This document shows, one piece after another, positions 61,874 to 64,000 of a stretch of DNA of 64,000 nucleotides (positions within the stretch are counted from its first letter, which is position 1; each line of letters begins with the position of its first letter). The translations under genes were made by a program, and so were the position numbers. The stretch is from a virus. Taxonomy: Duplodnaviria > Caudoviricetes. The notes under the pieces were generated by a model. That model was not told where the DNA came from. It saw only the letters and a list, made by a program, of their open reading frames with translations, and searched no databases. The stretch lies in IMG/VR virus record IMGVR_UViG_3300025872_000041, positions 32,001 through 96,000 of that record; one strand, written 5' to 3'.

Positions 61874-62122
61874 ATGAAACTATTAAACTTTATTGGAGGT
61901 CTTTTCAAGGATGAAAAAGGCTCCGTTTCTATGAAGCGCTTGTGTGGCTTAGTCTGCACTATTACTCTTTGCGCTACTTTGTATGCTAACTCTTTTACTG
62001 AGGCTCACTTTGCACCATCTGTACCATTGGTAGATGCTGTTGCTTTGTTGGCTTTTGGTTGTTTAGGTTTGACTTCTGTTGAGAAAATCATGAAGAAGCC
62101 AGAAGCTAATACTGAAGAGTAA
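61874..62122 (+). CDS. Putative holin (two transmembrane helices)
   Basis: 82 aa; SMKR followed by two hydrophobic segments and a charged C-terminus; directly upstream of the endolysin candidate. Confidence 0.65.
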   Translation: MKLLNFIGGLFKDEKGSVSMKRLCGLVCTITLCATLYANSFTEAHFAPSVPLVDAVALLAFGCLGLTSVEKIMKKPEANTEE

Positions 62123-62132
62123 TTTACTGTTT

Positions 62133-62155
62133 ACTATAAACTATAAACTATAAAC
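62133..62155 (+). repeat. Tandem repeat (ACTATAA) x3 in the endolysin leader
   Basis: ACTATAA ACTATAA ACTATAA AC, read directly from the sequence. Confidence 0.8.
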
Positions 62156-62159
62156 AATT

Positions 62160-62747
62160 ATGAGCTATACTAGAGAACAAATTGAAGCTGCTGTAAAAGC
62201 AAAAGGTTATAAGTACTTCGAGAATGGAGACTTTAACGTAAACATTATTGGTGTCCGTAATTCCTCTACTGGTAACAAAGTAACCAATGTATTTGATGAT
62301 CATTTAACTCTTTCTTATAAAGAGAATGGTGAGTGGAAATTTAAAATTTGGCCTGCTACCACTGATCCTGGAACCAAGGGTGTTAAAGAATTTCACAACG
62401 CTGCTGGAGTTGCACGTTTAGTGCCTGGTCAATATTCAGGTTCACACCATGTAGGTTTGCACCAAGGTAAATATGAGGCCCTTAAGCAGAAGGCAAATGT
62501 AAAAGTTTACCGTGATGCTAACAAAGACATGACTTATGATGAATCTAAGATACAAGAAGGGATCTTCGGTATTAACATTCACAAAGCTGGTGCAGATTCT
62601 ACTTACGTGGAAAACTGGTCTGAGGGTTGCCAAGTGTTCAAGAAGTCTGCGGACTTTGATGCATTTATGGCTATCTGTAAGAAAGCTGCTACACTGGGTG
62701 GTAACTCTTTTACCTATACTCTTATCGAGTCTAAAGATATTAAATAA
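62160..62747 (+). CDS. Putative endolysin with an L,D-transpeptidase (YkuD)-like His/Cys active site
   Basis: GINIH-x12-SEGCQV matches the H...S.GC motif; adjacent to the holin; no signal peptide. Confidence 0.65.
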   Translation: MSYTREQIEAAVKAKGYKYFENGDFNVNIIGVRNSSTGNKVTNVFDDHLTLSYKENGEWKFKIWPATTDPGTKGVKEFHNAAGVARLVPGQYSGSHHVGLHQGKYEALKQKANVKVYRDANKDMTYDESKIQEGIFGINIHKAGADSTYVENWSEGCQVFKKSADFDAFMAICKKAATLGGNSFTYTLIESKDIK

Positions 62748-62750
62748 TCT

Positions 62751-63200
62751 ATGAAGGGGTTAATTATTAACCTCTTTTTATTCTTAGCCGTCCCTTGTTT
62801 TGCTCAAATCAAAATTGACAAAGCTGGGGACGGTTGGGATTTAAAAGTTGATTCAGCAATTCAACTAATAAAGAAGGTAGACATAGATAAGTATAAGATG
62901 CTTGATACAAATTGTACTCAGGTATCTTTTATGATAAGTCCCTATTCTTCTTGCCAACTAGAGAATGGTAAAGGTCATATCTACATAGCTGTAGATGATA
63001 TTAAACTAAACTCTATAAATAATATTGCTGTAGTTCTAGTACATGAAAGCCTACATCTTTATATAGCAAAAAAAGGTATAGAGATGATTCCTGAAAAGGA
63101 GGAGACATTTTGTTACATGTATGAATTGAGCTTTATAAAAAACTTAGAAAATCCAGAGCCTTGGCTCACAGAACACGCTATTAACAACATAAAAAAATGA
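62751..63200 (+). CDS. Secreted zincin-like metallopeptidase
   Basis: Signal peptide ending CFA/Q; HESLH (63042-63056) with a downstream EE. Confidence 0.7.
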   Translation: MKGLIINLFLFLAVPCFAQIKIDKAGDGWDLKVDSAIQLIKKVDIDKYKMLDTNCTQVSFMISPYSSCQLENGKGHIYIAVDDIKLNSINNIAVVLVHESLHLYIAKKGIEMIPEKEETFCYMYELSFIKNLENPEPWLTEHAINNIKK

Positions 63201-64000
63201 AAAAATTTATCTCTTCACTTGTAACTACTTTGTTTGCAACCGTAATGTTTGCGCAAAGTTCTAGCACATCTCCAGGTACAGGCCACTGGGTTGTGATTGA
63301 TTCTGGCTACCAAGTTGCTACTACTACTGTAGGACAGACAGTAGCACCTTTACATTTTTACAATACCTCTACTTCTGAGAAGATCACCGGTATGCAGTTC
63401 CGTGTATTCTACGATAACACTGCATTTACTGCTGTAGTTCCTTCTTTAAAGATCTCTAGTACAGATCAGTATCTTCAGTACGTAGATAGTAATGCACAAG
63501 GATTCTTGACTGTAACTTTAGCTTACACTGGATCTAATGCTACTTTTAACTACTCTAATGGAGCTACATTTGATTTAACCTTCACACACGCAGGAAGTGC
63601 AGTATGGAACAACTTAGATTCTATTAAGACTTTGAAAGTTGCGGGTGTTAAATCATTTGCAAACAAAGCTGCTACTAACTGGGGTAACGATACTACATTA
63701 GTAGTTTACTCTTACGGTGGTCGCTTCAACCAAAAAGTATTACGCTTTGCTGCTAAGTTTAAGAACGTAACAGGTTCTGATGCTAAGAACTTGTGGGTGT
63801 CTTTAGAAAAGAAATCTCCTAGCGGATCTTGGACTCAAGTAGAAGCTAAAGCAACTAACTCTACTGGTGTTGTAGTATTCCGTAAATTCTTAGATACTAC
63901 TTACTGGGATGTACGTATGGTAGTCAAAGGAGATACAATGACTCCTGGTAACGTATTCTCTACTGCAGATGCACAGAAGATTAACCAATCTATCTTAGCA
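63197..64000 (+). CDS. Secreted cohesin-like beta-sandwich protein, 3'-truncated (not in the ORF track)
   Basis: ATGA overlap with the previous stop; signal peptide MKKFISSLVTTLFATVMFA/Q; ITGMQFRVFYDNTAF is cohesin-like; STADAQKI at the edge is dockerin-like; the frame stays open to the window end. Confidence 0.7.
   Translation, partial: MKKFISSLVTTLFATVMFAQSSSTSPGTGHWVVIDSGYQVATTTVGQTVAPLHFYNTSTSEKITGMQFRVFYDNTAFTAVVPSLKISSTDQYLQYVDSNAQGFLTVTLAYTGSNATFNYSNGATFDLTFTHAGSAVWNNLDSIKTLKVAGVKSFANKAATNWGNDTTLVVYSYGGRFNQKVLRFAAKFKNVTGSDAKNLWVSLEKKSPSGSWTQVEAKATNSTGVVVFRKFLDTTYWDVRMVVKGDTMTPGNVFSTADAQKINQSILA

Noticed and set aside
62133-62155. (ACTATAA)3 as a phase-variation or iteron element
   Set aside because: Only three units in an AT-rich leader; simple slippage explains it and nothing else supports a function.
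2041-62754. Short alternative-frame and antisense ORFs in the track (e.g. 5368-5724, 7120-7437, 17349-17819, 35807-36064, 57390-57671, 62536-62754)
   Set aside because: They lie within or largely overlap longer motif-bearing genes and read like shadow frames of biased codon usage.
1-64000. Stop-codon reassignment, as in some crAss-like phages
   Set aside because: Very long ORFs tile the window under the standard code, with no fragmentation at TAG or TGA.

Overview
An AT-rich, gene-dense segment of a large tailed bacteriophage genome, almost all on the + strand. It looks like a crAss-like (Crassvirales-related) phage of a Bacteroidota host, based on a giant virion RNA polymerase with the GADFDIDK motif, the IHF/ring/muzzle/cargo gene order, TAnnTTTG host-type promoters and Q-rule signal peptides. 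Left to right: three long mosaic tail fibres (two with S74 chaperones) with a free-standing GIY-YIG endonuclease between the first two; three LamG-like lectin genes; small tail-associated genes; a Cys-rich/FN3-like trio; a candidate small RNA; a metallophosphoesterase; IHF-like, ring and muzzle genes; a cargo block; holin and endolysin; and secreted proteins running off the right edge. The most striking unexplained structure is three adjacent cargo genes (28.1-40.0 kb) built as strings of unrelated modules punctuated by more than 25 copies of a short 'xxxGG' / 'GGWLxxYQxGG' linker. Also notable are a recurrent TATATT-N5-TGTA intergenic motif and a two-hairpin RNA whose loop is antisense to a gene leader. 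All family assignments come from motif recognition by eye; no searches were run.
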